Assembly: GCA_964016885.1 (NCBI GenBank)
Contig: OZ024742.1
Coordinates: 157,046,001 to 157,110,000 of the forward strand
Direction: 5' to 3'
Length of the DNA stretch: 64,000 nucleotides
Source of the DNA: Eledone cirrhosa
Taxonomy: Eukaryota
In this document: positions 27,816 through 41,792 of the stretch, one piece after another
Position numbering within the stretch: position 1 is the stretch's first letter
Layout of the letters: each line of letters opens with the position of its first letter
Program-made: the position numbers and the translations under genes
The notes under the pieces: model-generated
What the model saw: the letters and a program-made list of their open reading frames with translations, nothing else
Databases searched by the model: none
Told to the model about the DNA's origin: nothing

Positions 27816-30800
27816 TTTTTCGGAGAGGTTTGGATCTCGCCATACGGGCCATCTTCCTGGACCCAGAAGGTAAGTTGGTGGTGCTGGACGTGACCAGCGG
27901 AGACGGGCAAGCTTTCAGGTTAGTGGCCGTCTATGCCCCGATAGGAACAGGGTGGCCTGATTTATTCCGGCGTCTGGAGACCATTCTATGTCTCTTTAGT
28001 GTTAGTGGGCGACTGGAACGGGATCTTAGATGTACGCTGGGACTGTGTGGGATTAGCGGAAAGAGGAGGAGGGTGCAAGAGCTTCACCAACCTGCTCAGG
28101 CGTTTTGAACTGTCTCACAGGTACCGATTGGATTTCCCGAATGTGCCAATGTGGACAGGACAAACCGCATGGGATCAACAAGATCATATCTAGATAGAGT
28201 ATGTTGTAGGGAAATAGATAGGTCTAGCATAGGCTGTCTATAATTCAAGATATTCAGCTACACGGACCACAAATTCATGATCTGTGTGCTTGACTTAGAT
28301 AGGCTTCATAGACGAGGACCGGCTACTGGAAGCTAAACGCGTCCTTACCAGCGCGCAAAACCTTCAGAGACCGGATTAGCGAACTAGTTAAGCGGGCGTT
28401 GACGTGGGCCATCGTCAACAGCAAATGGTGGTTTGCTCTGGAAAGAGCGATTATAATAGAGTCCATTAGGTTTAGTAAGGCTTTAGCAATATAGAAAAAT
28501 AGAGCAGAGGGAGAATTAGTTAGAAAATTAGACGAGGCGCTTAGCAAAGTCATCGCGACATACGTACTTGCGGCCCTTGGCCAATTCTTCAATGCAAAGC
28601 AGGAAGGCTGCGTTTCAGAGCTAGGTTGCTTGCTCTCAGACACGAGGGGACGAAAGCCGTTCAATGGGCCCGTGTGGCGGAGACGCGTCGTGGCAACAAA
28701 GCCACGATCCGGTCTTTCGTGGACCACGACGTGCGCATGCTACTCGATCCGAGCAAATTTCTGAAGCTTTTCAGCGACACTTCTCTCAGCTGGTCGGGGG
28801 CAGCGGTGGTCGGGTTCAGGGATGGACTTTAGTGTCTACCTCGACGGAGTGCCAGGCACTCGGCCACTGAGGCGGAGTGTTGCGAAAAGCCAATAACAGC
28901 CGCTGAAGTACGGGAGGCAATGACTGGCTGCACTAGGGGTAAATCGCCTAGTTTGGATGGTCTGCCCTATGAACTTTACGTACAGGTGCCAGACTTGTTC
29001 GGAAGCCTCTTAGCGGACGTCTACTGCAACTGGCAACAGAACGGGAGAATTCCCAGCTCTGTGCGCCGAGGAGCGGAGGCGCTGCTGAGAAAGTATCCGA
29101 ACAAGGGGGATAATATAGATAATTTCAGGCCCATAACTCTGCTAAACACAGAGTTCAAGATTTTAGCCAAGGTGCTAGCAAAGAGGTTGGCGCTTGTCGT
29201 CGGTGGCCTGGTGGGAGAGGCGCAGACTTGCGCCAATCTGGACAGATCCATCCACGACAATCTCCACCTCATGCGATACATCGTAGAGAGGATAGCTCGG
29301 GAACCTGGCACGGATGGGTCCTTCAACAATGTACATCAGTCGAAAGCTTTCGATAGGGTCGACCATCGTTACCTGGCGGCAGTCCTGAAGGCGGCTGGTT
29401 TGGGGCCCGTCTTCAGAGGCTGGATCGCTGCCATGTACAGCGACATTTGCTCTGTGGTGAGAGTGAACGGTCACCTTTCCGAAACGTCCAACATCATGCG
29501 CTCGGTCCGAGAAGTATGTTCCCTCTCGAGCAATTACTGCACAAATTGGAGACGTTGAGGGGCGCCCTGCGTGAACTAGGATGCGGAAGATCCGTGTCAG
29601 CATATGCGGACGATGTCACCGTAGTAGTGTCGAACGCCAGGCATATCGAGGCGATCGGCGCTACACTAAGAGAATACGAAGCGGTGACAGGAGCAATGTT
29701 CAACCAGGAAAAGTCAGTGGGACTGCAGCTCGGCACCTGGAGAGGCAGGACCATGCCGTCCAACAGCGTCGTCGGGCGTTGGACGGACGGACCGGTTAAA
29801 TTGCTAGGGGTCTGGTTCGGTCCGGACCTCCAAACTGGAACGAGGTGACGAGGAGGGTGGCTTCTCTCACCCAGAAATGGGCGGAGAGGAAGTTATCCCG
29901 TAAAGGTCGAGCGGAGGTGGCTAACGCGTACATTGCGTCCGTCATCTGCTACAGCCTGACCGTCGTACCTTGTCCTAAGCCCCGCCTGACTACGCTGGTG
30001 TGTTTGCTCTTTCACTTTTTGTGGAAGGGACGCGCTCCGATGGTCAGGCGGTCCATCTGTTGTCAATACCGGCTAAGTGGAGGCCTGGGCATGCCGTGGC
30101 TGATGATCCGCAGACACGCGCTGAGGCTACGACATATCTACCTCTTCCTCGACGTTGATCAGCTGTGGTCGCCATTTGTTAAACGCGTCTTTCCCGAGCT
30201 CGTCTCATTGACGGAGCTGCAGTCCTGGTTCAAGCGAAGACCGAGATGGAGCGCTTGGAGACTGGAATGTCTTCAGGCACTCACACTCGGGAAATGTGAT
30301 CGGTAGAAACTCCACCTCAGCGTTCTATAGAGGATTAGTGGAGGGGAAAAGCGACGACGTACTTGGGGAAACTCTAGGCATCGACGAAAATCTACTAGCC
30401 AATCTCTTCGGAAGAACTTTCGGGCCGGGGTCTATGGACAACTCCTAGAAATCCCTGGCCTGGCAGTGCTACCGAAGTGCCTAGCGAGTTCGGTATAAAC
30501 TGTACAGGCATGGAGGTGCCGTCAGCCGGGCATGTCCGAGATGCGCGGAGGGCGACGATACCGTCCTGCACGCACTCGTCCAGTGTCTGAGAATTGGTGC
30601 CATCTGGGTTTATGTCGAAGACCTGCTGTTGCGTGTAGAACGGTCCGGCTATCAGCTGAATCCATCTTGAAGATTGCCTCGCCCTCTTCCTTTAGCCGGG
30701 AAGGACAGGCAGTTTTATCTGTCTGGTCGCCATGGCGAAATACACAGTACGGTGGACACGTTTGCAAGGGCTGAAGACAAGCACTTATCGCTTCGGTGAT

Positions 30801-30947
30801 GCCCTGATTGACTTTTTCAAATTTCATTTGAAAAGGAAAATCAGGGTAGAGAGGGAACTGCTCTCTTCCCAGCATTTTGTTGAAAGATGGGTGAGAGAAG
30901 CAAGAATGGCCCGAGTGAATGGGCCTTCTCTGAGTATGTGTCTGTAA
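27816..30947 (+). pseudogene. LINE ORF2 copy B (5'-truncated within APE, complete C-terminus), disrupted
   Basis: Restarts with tttttcggagaggtttggatctcgccatac, identical to 24791. Motifs VYAP, GDWNG, NFRPITLLNTEFKILAK, SKAFDRVDH, AYADD, FFKFHLKRKIRVER; stop at 30945-30947. Confidence 0.92.
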
Positions 30948-31205
30948 ATTAAAGGTGGAAAACTGGGAGAGGGCACTTTCCCTGGTGGTCAGTGTCACTG
31001 TGGCTTTTTAATGGGCTTTCTCCACAAATGTCCCCTGGAAGTTTCCCCTCTATTGGGGAATTTTTCATGGTTTTTTTTGTTACATCCTCAGTTTTTGTAT
31101 TTTCCACGCAGAAATGCCCATTTGTACCGTCCTGTATTGTCCTTAATGTCTAGTTTATGTAAACCCTTGTGGTTAATAAAGAAAACATTATTATTATTAT
31201 TATAA

Positions 31206-31386
31206 TGGATGGCAGTATCGGTAGAGGGTCGGACGCCAGGCTTTACAGCATAGTTACGTCCCTTTATGATCTGAGTTCAAATCCCGCCGAGGTTGACTTT
31301 GCCTTTCATCCTTACGGGGTGGATAAAATAAAGTACCAGTAATGCACAGGGCAATTGCTGGCCTTGTGCCTAAAGTAGCAACAATT
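31206..31386 (+). mobile_element. tRNA-derived SINE, near full length
   Basis: A-box-like tggcagtatcggta, B box gagttcaaatcccg, central gcctttcatcc...gataaaataaagtaccagt, (ATT)n at the 3' end; multiple copies in the window. Confidence 0.9.
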
Positions 31387-31434
31387 ATTATTATTATTAA
31401 TATTTGCCCACTTATTCTCGACAGGGTTGTGAAG

Positions 31435-32435
31435 CTTCTTCTTCTTATCTTGTCCACCAGTTGCTTGTGGTGGTGATAGGATTAACAGTATCTTGTCGAT
31501 CTTATCAATACACCCAGGTCCACGGCGTGGACGTTTTTATCTTGACCCCAAGTCATGAGGCCAGAGTCAGCAGGAGATCGTTGCTTCTGACAGAACCTGC
31601 TGGAAGGAGTGTTTGATTTCGTGAGTCCAGACTTCTCAAACACTCCTTACAGTAGGTTATGTCAGGGGCAACCATCTCCAGCTGATCCGTTGGCATCCCC
31701 GAGCGATACAGCCAAGTTCATGGATGTTGTCGAACCGTCTTACTCTTATCTACTCGTTGATCTCCTACCGGCTGGTTTTTCCCGTAAAATCTTTAGCAAT
31801 GTATCCTGATACATTATTACCACACGCCATATTATCGAAATTGTGTCTCTCAATTTGAAGAAGTAGAGTATCTACCTGGAATGAATCTTTCCTCTCCGAG
31901 TTATGCACTCTCTTGTCTAATGTTACGTGAAAGATAATTTGGAGGAACCCCATTTCGGCCACTTGAATTCGAGATCGTATTATTTCGGTCATTACCCAAG
32001 ATTCATGTTCATATGTAAGGTTTGGCACGAATACTGAATTGAAGATAACGAGTATGTCTATTAAACACCTACCCCCATTCTTCTGATTACCCAATACTGA
32101 AGCTAGAGCCTTACTGCATCACCTTTTGCAATTCTTGCACTTAATTCAGCCGCCTGCTTTCTTCCAATTATGAATAAACCCCCTAGACATTAACCTTTCC
32201 ACCTGCTTCAGTGGAATTCCATTCGGACTGCTCGGGCTTCCTTGACTGGATGAATGTCTCAGTTTTCGGAGCACTGATTTTCCTTCCAGCCATGAAGAAT
32301 TTGACAGCAAACTGTCAAGTGACTGTCGGAGATAACCTTCTGTCAAGTTAAGTAACACCATGTTGTCTGCGAATTCCAGTAGACTGACTGTACATCCACC
32401 AGCCGTGATACCACTCCCAATCCGGATAAGCATGC
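31435..32435 (-). mobile_element. RTE-clade (Expander/Rex3-like) LINE 3' fragment
   Basis: SLLEFADNMVLL (FADD region) and FVPNLTYEHESWVMTEIIRSRIQVAEMGFL...LLLQIER, typical of the RTE C-terminal region; (AAG)n-like 3' end near 31440. Confidence 0.88.
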
Positions 32436-33045
32436 CAATCCTTTCAAAAAATCGCTGGCTATGTGCCTAAATTAGAAATCATTAGTACGGTTAGTGTACA
32501 TGAATTTGAATATGAGAGCTGTTCCGACGTATAGACAAATAAGAACTGCCTGGGTTTATGTTATTGTTAATGATGATTGCCCACGGTTTAAGCAGATATA
32601 TAATCGAAGCTACATGGGATTTATTCCGTTTTTTTATATCGTTAAATGGAATTGATTGTAAATAATATATGCACAACATAGGATATTACTACTTTATTTT
32701 ATACTTCTACTCAGAGAATACATCTGTGTTCAAAGGCGAGATGTCATAGACTGAACTGTTTGAAATGGCAACATTTCGGTAATGACTATCAGTTGTATCT
32801 AGGAATCCGTTGTCCATCGTCTCTTTCGTATTATTGTCATGACATTTGTGAAGATGAAGTGCTATTTCGTCAGAAAAAGTAGAAGACTGGCAAGTTACAT
32901 AATTTGTTGTATTGTAGATAGTACATCTATTATGATATCCTATCTCCCTCATATCAACTTTGAATTTCTTAAAATAACGGCCAGTATTGTAACTAAAGTT
33001 ACTAGTATAATAATTTGTTTGAACATATCAACTACACCGTACATG

Positions 33046-33123
33046 AAGTAGTAGTAGTAGTAGTGGTGGTGGTGGTAGTATTAGTAGTAGTAGTAATAGT
33101 AGTGGTGGTGGTGGTTGCGGTAT

Positions 33124-33178
<55 letters not shown>
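33046..33178. repeat. (TAG/TGG)n trinucleotide microsatellite
   Basis: Direct reading. Confidence 0.97.
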
Positions 33179-36100
33179 TATCTTATCAACTTAATTTCAA
33201 ACATGATACAAAGAATAAAAGAGATATTTCTCACGTAATTTCTGTCTCGGAGAGCTCTATAATATAATATTAAAAGAAAATACAAGCGAAAATCATTATA
33301 ACTAATCAGTGTTAATATCAAATCAATCATTTTCCTCAACGACACGCAAACGTACACAAACGAACTACAAGAAAACATACGCACAATCATAAACACAAAC
33401 ATACTAAGACATAAACACATAAACACATAAACATCGGCACAAACTCATAGAAAGAGAACAGATACAGCACATTTTCATCACGATATTCATGGAGAGAAAT
33501 CTAATCAATTTCTAAAATTTATAAGGGAAGCTTTTTTGAAATTTTTCAGAAATGACGTGATGTCATGAAAGGAGAGCGTGCGACTGCGAGAATAATTTCA
33601 TTTTAAACTAGGAATAATCGCGCAATATCGTTGTTTAAATCTGAAGATTAGAAATGCATAATAACTGGTTTCTCGTGAGATGATGAAGATAGATTATGCA
33701 CAGTCAAAAATCTATTCCCTTTACAAGACGATATATGTATCACTTGCTGTGATATTTCAATTTAAATTGATTATTGTCCAACTGTTTGTTTGCATTGAAT
33801 TATTGATCACCTATAGGCAGGGACAAGGCATTTCTTTGTATGACAATCATATAGCGGAGAGTGAGTGAAATATAAATGAAATTGAAATAAAATAACATGA
33901 AAATAATGATGATCAAATAACACATATTCGGAAAGCAGTAAAAATATTGTAATACAACTACTATTCTTCCTCCATAAATGTAGGTGGTGTGTAAATGTGT
34001 ATATGAAGAGTGAACAGTCTTTAAATGGTATTAAAGTTATTAAATGAGATTATATTTTAATTAATCGTTCACGAACTCTCGCAGCAATGATATTAAATTC
34101 TTGTGCAATGGTCTACTAAGAAGGCGTCTGCTAATCTTTATGTATATTTCGCAGTCACTCTATTTTCCAATATATATATATTCATAGATAAATATGCATG
34201 TATACACAAACACACATGCACACACATATATACATGTATATGTGGGTATGGATGTGCCTGTGTTTTCGTGTGTGTGCGCGTATGTATATGCATTTGCGAT
34301 TTATCTATGGGTGTTTTTGTGTCTGTGTCTGTTTTTGTGTATGTGTCTGTGTATGTGTCTGTGTCTGTGTCTGGGTGACGATGCTTATGTGTACGTTGTT
34401 GTTTATGTTGTGCCCTAGTACATCATATTAGTGAGATTTTAAGCTATTCATATAAATACATAAACATTTAACGCAGGTTTCTAGTCGATGGTATAAAAAC
34501 TGGCAATTGTTTTTTTTTATCATTGCGTAATCCTTCATTTTTGACATCATATACGAAACAACAGGTTTTGCTTTATTCTACACCTGTGATATTCTAATAA
34601 AGAACATATTTAGGTAAAATGTTTCATAGTGTATTGGAAGTTCATCAAATTATCTAATCTTTTATCGAGAAATATAATCAAGGAAACCTGGAGATATCTA
34701 ACAATATATAGAGTAATATGAAAATAAATGGTTATAATTTACTTCAGTCGTGCTATAGCATCTGACACGGCATCCATTCATAATATAACTAAAAGATAAA
34801 TGTCATATTTAAATTAGAATTTAAAATGCCCATAATATTCCTGATAGTATCAGTCGCATGATTAGGGCCCCCATGCCTTCACTTGCAATTTGTTAATGGG
34901 GAAGAATGTGTTTACAGTGGAATTAAGCACCTGCAATATAAGGACGCATCTCTTATATTCCTACAAGTTTTTCTTCAATCTGTAATCGACGAAAGTAACA
35001 TCAATCTATAATAAATATATTAATAAACCATTTCTAAATATTTCAATATTTTGAAAATACATCAGTAGTAATTCAATTGGAAATATAAATATAATTTTTG
35101 TTTTCCAAAGAAAGAATGTTGAGTGAAATACATTGTCATCTACAAGAAAAAGCTAAGATTAAAATAAGAAAATAAAGTATAAACATTTAAGTAACTTTAT
35201 TTCTGATACAAAAAATATGAAATAAACCGAGCATAATATTTCTAGTTTCATATTAATTAGATTCCCCGAAGTACTTAAGACATCGATTCAACTACATCAG
35301 TAAATTGAACGAATACGTTTGTATTTCTTTTCTTTTTTAGTGTTGCTTGTAGATTTCCCATATTTCCTATCGCAGTTTCTTCTGAAAACGTATCATATGT
35401 TTCTTAAACTTGTGAGCAGTTAAAAAGCAATAATTGAAACAGAATAGAAGGGGGGGGGGGGGGGGTATGAATAAATTATTAAAACGAAGTAATTAATAAT
35501 TGGTAATTCATTTTTCGTACTCAAAACACATAAAATATTTAGGTTTTAGATTTTCAATTTCCTGTTATAGGAAAAGCCACAGTTATACAAAAGATGTAAA
35601 ATATTTCTAAATATACATACTTTAAAATTAAACTTCGACAACTTTGTTCCTGAAAATGTTAACATTAAATATGTTTCTCATTCACATGATTACAACGTAA
35701 GTTGTAAATTACGATGAGGTAGGCGAATTAATAAAAATATATGCTGAGGATTAAATAAAAATTGATACTTCTCATTTAAAATCTTCTGGCAGCTGTATTT
35801 AACGTAATTCTTGTAACAATATTTCCTTTTTGAAACCTTGGAATTTATCGTAGCTTACAGGTGGAGAGCAAAAATCAATTATATCATATTTTTGCTAGTT
35901 TTCGATGACAAAACGAATTAGACAATTCTTATTTCTGTGTTCAAGAAAAAGATAATCCCTATCTGATAAGTGTTCGCTTAGTACGAATATATCTGAACTT
36001 AGAAAATGCCAAAGAAGTTAAAGTATAGAACTCATCTCTCGTTACCCCATTTTTCACATGTATCCAAATATGTAATATGAAAGGTACAAAATTAGCTACA

Positions 36101-36649
36101 GGATTTTCACAATATAATTGACATTGTTAATTTGTATTAATTAGATATCTCTTGAAAATGATATTTGAAATGTCAAATCATAAATGAAATAATTGACTAG
36201 GCATCCTAACAACATGACTAACAAGATTATAAACATTTGTAGAGTCTGGTTGAGGTTGTGTTTAGGTTCTGCCGAATTTAATTGATTTTTATTGTTTACT
36301 GTTTTTACAAATAACATATAAAATTTGAAACTAATGTAAATTTAACTTATAGACACATGTCACCCACCGACAGTCTTTAAAGATTCGTTAAACATGTGAG
36401 TATTAGGATTTCTAATCTTTCTTCTATCAAAGCCATTCCGACTGAGCACAACATTACTATAACAAAATGTTAGCCAACAGCGGCTTCTTCGATAACATTT
36501 CTTACTCCCCTCTTAGTCATACTACCAGTACAAAAATAAATAGAACTAAAAATAGTTTGGTGCTACCCACCCTTCTCAGTCTGTAGTCTATGAAACTACA
36601 TCCACTCGAGCAAACCAACAACAGGAGGTCAAACATATGTAGGCATGGC

Positions 36650-37165
36650 ATCTTCTTCTTCTGTTCGTATCTTCGAAGCATGTGGTTATATGACAACCTC
36701 CCATCTCCCCACACAGCCCCTTGCAGTATCATTAGACTCTGCGAGATCTCCTAAGCTGTAGCGGCTGGGCAGCAGAGGGCAAACAGGGCATTGCTCCACC
36801 GCACGATCAACCCCTCCGCATTTGGAGAAGGCCGGGTCGGTCCTGTAGCCCCATCTGGCCATAGAAGCTCTTGAGTGTCCCATTCCTGTTATTAGGCGGT
36901 TGAGTGTCTTCCACTGGACCCATGGTGCTTCTGAGCCAGAAGGGAGGGCTTCAGAAGGGGGATTCCCATGTCAATAGGAGGGGAGTCTTTGTCTAGCGTT
37001 CACCACTGATAGCCTTTGTGATCTCTACTCGGCTGGCAGCTTCCCGTCTGCAGGGGCAATGCCACCGAAGAGATGCAGGTTGTTTGGGTTGGTAGGCATC
37101 AGGCAACCAGTGATCGAACGGCAGGTGTTGTTCAACGCTGGGTCTAGTTTACTGGCATGGATGGT
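36650..37165 (-). mobile_element. Vingi/Ingi-like LINE 3' fragment
   Basis: HASKLDPALNNTCRSITGCLMPT...GGIAP; PSGSEAPWVQWKTLNRL; SRASMARWGY...KCG...CPLLP...LGDLAESN; (AGA)n tail near 36655. Confidence 0.8.
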
Positions 37166-37694
37166 TAAAAAGAACCGTTTGTTAAACATCAAACGTGATA
37201 AATGATCATCCATGAAGCCAGCAACCACATACGCTCAGTCAAAGATGCAGCCGTGAATTACTCCATTCAATGGACTGTTCTGACAACCCATGCCATACAG
37301 AAAATGGAACTTGTCCTGTATGTTGTGCATTGATGAAAGAGTGAATATGTTGCAGAGATAATGTAATAGTGCTTGACTTAACATAATAGGTGATTTCATT
37401 ATTCACTGCCATCAAGCTGTGAAGTTCATGTTACGTACTACAAAAACCCAGGAACTCGTATTTGGCAAGTATTAACGCAAACGGAAATTGTCCCCCTACC
37501 ATCAATACCATCAATCTCCCTTACCAACGTCAATTGCGCAAGATCAAGTCAGCTCATTTACAGTACAGTTCTCAGTACAACCTCACTTGGGTTTAAAACC
37601 TGCTAGGTGAAACGTCTCCTCGTTTATTGTTTGCTACATTGTTATGGAACATACTCCCCCCCTCTCTCTCTCTCTCTCTCTCAATTATATATAT

Positions 37695-37790
37695 AATTGT
37701 TTCTACTTTAGGCACAAGGCCAGCAATTACCCAGTACATTACTGGTACTTTATTTTATCGACCCCGTAAGGATGAAAGGAAAAGTTAACA
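37695..37790 (-). mobile_element. SINE 3' half
   Basis: Reverse complement of the SINE 3' half (gtttctactttaggcacaaggccagc...atcgaccccgtaaggatgaaagg). Confidence 0.85.
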
Positions 37791-37914
37791 ATTATATATA
37801 TATAATGAAGTGTGGTAAGGAACCAGGTGAACCATAACGCAACAGAGTACTCGATACTATGAGTAGTAGAGTGGGTAATAGGAAAAGGTACGGTGTCCTT
37901 TTCCTATATATATA

Positions 37915-39839
37915 TAAGGAAAAAAAATGAAATCGAAAATGCAACTGGAGTCTTTTTTTTTAAAATAAATTTACCGGTTTCGCAGTTCTTGTGCTTTTCA
38001 AAAGAAGAATTGCGATGTAGGATTTGTGGTTTTTCTCACATCTGGCTGGTGTTCGAATATTATGTTTTATATGAAAAAAAGTGGCTCGAAATGCTAGATT
38101 TTTAGAGAAATAACTTTTTGGTTGATGACTGTCATGTAAATAGGTATAATAAAGTTCGCGTCAGTTCGTGTTACAACGTTCTTATTATATTTGCCCCCCC
38201 CCCCCCCAAAAAAAGGGGGGGGGCTCAGGTTGTTTTTTTTTCATATATGAGTGAAGTTCGGTTAGTTGATGCAGTCACATCAGCTTTGGCGCCAGTTTGT
38301 GTTTCAATTTCTTTTTACTTAAAATTTAAGTGGCTCACGAAGGCTTTTTTTATAAACGTAATTTCATTGGTTATGAATGAAATTATGACTGTCGCGCTCG
38401 TATTTGGGAATTTCTTTTGTAGCCATTTAGAGAATGTTGTGCCAAACAAAAGATAATGGTCAAGAAAAACGGGATGGGAAGAATTGTTCTGGTTCAGTGA
38501 GTATGGCTGGTGTGCTGGGGTGTCAAAATTCAGACTTTCTATTGAAATAAAGAAAGTAGAGGTATGTATGTTTATTTGTGTTAAGATGGAGAGAATATTT
38601 ATATTTTGTGTGTCTGTGTAGGAAAATGATTCCGTTAGAAGAAATGGGGGAGGGAGTTATGAGTGTGTGGGGGTGTGGTTAGCATGTTAATGTGTTAGAG
38701 TATTAACGTATGTTAAGGTTTATCTAGCTCTGGTTTTTATTTTCGAAAATAGGTGTTACGTGTGTGTATGTATGTGTCTGTTTGGATGGTTAGCACGTTA
38801 TGATGTTGATATAATGTATATTAAACTATATTTAATGCTGGTCTATATTTTTTATTAAACTTATTTTCCTTATTTATTCGTATTTATTCTGTTGTATTGT
38901 CAGCGCAAAGATGAAATGGGAAGACTTGGAATGTAGGTGTCTCATCACTTGCTCATATGTCTAGATGTGTACTGAGTTTATCTCTCTTATGGTAGGGTCT
39001 CGTAATTGTTGGCGATGAATTGTCATTCAGTTTCTGAGTGTGAATTTAGTTTCTCCTATATAATCTTCAATGCATCCTTTACATTTAATGGCATAAAGTA
39101 AATTTGTTGATGAGGAAGTGAAGTGATTTTTTACAGCAAAATGTTGTCCTGATTGAAATGTCTAAATGTTGCCTTCAATGAAACGAGTGCAAGTTCCACA
39201 ATTAGAGCGACCACATTTTTTGACAGTTGGTTTTGGGTTTGTGGTAGGTAATTTTTTCATTGGTGAGTAATGATTTCAGTTGTCTTTTGCTTTTGATTGT
39301 TTTGTGTTTCAATGGCTTTTTTCATTCTTGGGTGTTGTTTCAATAGTGGGATTTTCTTGTGAATAATGTTGTAAGCTTCCGCATTTCTTGGGTTGTGTGT
39401 TGAGATATATGATAGAATATTGGACGTACTTTGAATTTGTTTATGTTTTCGTAATTCATCAATGCCTATTGCTTTAGCCCTTTCTATTCCATTATTTATT
39501 AGTAATGCTGGGTACTGTCTTTCAAGCAGAATTTCCCTTAATTCTTGAAGTCTTTTATTTCGCGTTTCATAAATGGAGAAAATTGTGCAGATTCTTCTTG
39601 CTAGCTTAAAAGGGATGTTCGTCTTTGTGTGCTTTGGATGGTTGGAGGTGAATAGCAGGTATGGTTTGGAATCATTTGGTTTGTAGTGAATGTCAGTTTC
39701 AATATGTGTGCCTTTTTTATGATTAAGATGTCCAGAAATGGGAGTTGATCTTGGTTGTATTCCATTCTGAATTGGATGCTATCATTGATGACGTTAATTA
39801 AAATTTTTGAAATCATTTCGTTGGTCAAGTGTGTGAGAC

Positions 39840-39842
<3 letters not shown>
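37915..39842 (-). mobile_element. 5'-truncated Neptune-type Penelope-like element (RT thumb, Cys linker, GIY-YIG, 3' pLTR)
   Basis: [74 protein letters not shown] over 38905-39842; non-coding 3' region 37915-38905; abuts (TA)n. Confidence 0.88.
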
Positions 39843-39907
<65 letters not shown>

Positions 39908-39927
39908 CATATATGTATGTATGTATG

Positions 39928-39978
<51 letters not shown>

Positions 39979-40022
39979 TATATATATATATAGATATAGA
40001 TATATATATACATGTATATACA

Positions 40023-40083
<61 letters not shown>

Positions 40084-40127
40084 TATATATATATAGAGAG
40101 AGATATATATATATACATGTATATACA

Positions 40128-40181
<54 letters not shown>

Positions 40182-40204
40182 ATAGATGATATATATATAT
40201 ATAT

Positions 40205-40268
<64 letters not shown>

Positions 40269-40298
40269 ATAGATGATATATATATATATATACACACA

Positions 40299-40388
<90 letters not shown>

Positions 40389-40445
40389 AGTGTGTGTGTT
40401 TGTGTGTGTTTGTCTGTGAGTGTGTGTATCTGTGTATGTGTATCT
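39843..40445. repeat. Compound (TA)n/(CA)n/(TG)n microsatellite with a repeated catgtatata(cag/gatga) interruption
   Basis: Direct reading. Confidence 0.95.
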
Positions 40446-41632
40446 TTGCATAATTATTTACGTATGAATGTCTGTATATGAGATTGAGTGATTTAGATTT
40501 AAGGAGTGTATATTGGGATTTAGAAATCTTACCATAAGATACATTCCTGAATTTATATTAGTGCTTCGTTTGATTATTATTTAAGAGGAATACTTTGCCT
40601 TCTTGCGGTGTGGATTTAGGCTGACATTTTGACGTATTTGATTCCCCTCCACAGTTTCCAGTTAATTTCCAATAGTGAATCATAACTACCTCGGTTGTAT
40701 CTTATATGCTTCATTATAAAATGTCATCTGTTTTTGTTTTTCTTGGAATGATCGGAGATTCTGAGGAAGTAAAATATGTAATAGTATGCATTCCATTCAT
40801 GACCATGGCAATGATTATCGATCCGTTTTCTACCTGATTGGTAATTATTTATTTCAGGGTGATGTTCGTGTTATGTTTAGCAGGTACAGGTACCACCTTA
40901 TCGAAAGGTGACTGAAAACACGGTAAACGAGTGTCTGAAGATTTTTGTTTAAGTAGATTTGTTTGTAAAGGGAATATACTTACGATGAGGCCAAATGAAT
41001 ATTATAGTTATATCATTTCTTCTCAGCACACGCCAATTTGAAAGGCACATGAAAGTTTTATATTTCGAGAAAATCTAAACTAAAAACAACTCCCCAAAAG
41101 CATTGCTGTGGTTATGTAACAATGTTCAATGTTATTTCTTTTCGCCGTACGAAAAGTAATAATATATCCCTTTTTTGAGTGAATTTGAAGTGAGCGAAAT
41201 TGTGGTGGAGCAAATATAGCCGCGTGTTACGCCTGCAAATTTATAGAATTACCTTAAGGATACTTGTGTCTGCGAGTGAATTTCATTAGCAATCAATTCA
41301 TTGACGAAACTCTCAAGGAAACCTATTTCTATATCGTATTAAAAACAATAATTATGCATAGTAGATAATGTTGATATAGATATAGAAAAGCAAGAATATG
41401 TTTACACCAGGTGAGAAGAAGAAACGACTGGCATCTTCACCAAGAGACCATCTTGTTAAGTTACTAGATCTACTGATATCATAACTCACAGAAAACTGAA
41501 GTAACCTGAAAATACAGCACGTTGGTCAAGGACACTACATGCCCTCTAGTTTGGAGACGAATTGAAATCATGACCTTAAGATTATGAATTGAACACAATA
41601 ATCACTAAGGCACATATCTTTGTATATAAAAG

Positions 41633-41792
41633 TTAAGCAAAAGTACAATATAAGAATAAATAAGAATATATTTTTTTTATTCTGGAGCAAGTTAATTAAT
41701 GGATCAGCTAAGGTTGACTAGATCCATGAATGAACCAGCTCCAGAATTTAAAAAATATTCTTATTTATTCTTATATTGTACTTTTGTTTAAT
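41633..41792. repeat. AT-rich fold-back inverted repeat (~70-bp arms)
   Basis: caaaagtacaatataagaataaataagaatat...ctggagc...atggatc / gatccat...gctccag...atattcttatttattcttatattgtacttttg. Confidence 0.9.

Larger units (their letters stand above)
22230..31190 (+). mobile_element. Tx1/L1-clade LINE (ORF1 + APE-RT ORF2) with internally duplicated ORF2
   Basis: GC-richer block with ORF1 and ORF2 motifs, a 3' UTR with AATAAA at ~31174, and (TTA)n at both ends. Confidence 0.9.

Noticed and set aside
32707-32952. 81-aa minus-strand ORF with a protein-like composition
   Set aside because: No recognisable motif and no convincing splice acceptor; cannot be supported as an exon.
39000-39070. In-frame TGA in the PLE endonuclease as possible selenocysteine (as in Naiad PLEs)
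   Set aside because: The TGA falls at an expected Arg position (LRN*MTIH, likely CGA to TGA decay), not at a Cys, and the copy has other lesions.
39601-40481. Long YIYI/VCVC/THTH ORFs here and at 3247, 6077, 9950, 10951, 13426, 14095, 52101 and 53896
   Set aside because: They are translations of (TA)n/(TG)n microsatellites, which lack stop codons; not genes.
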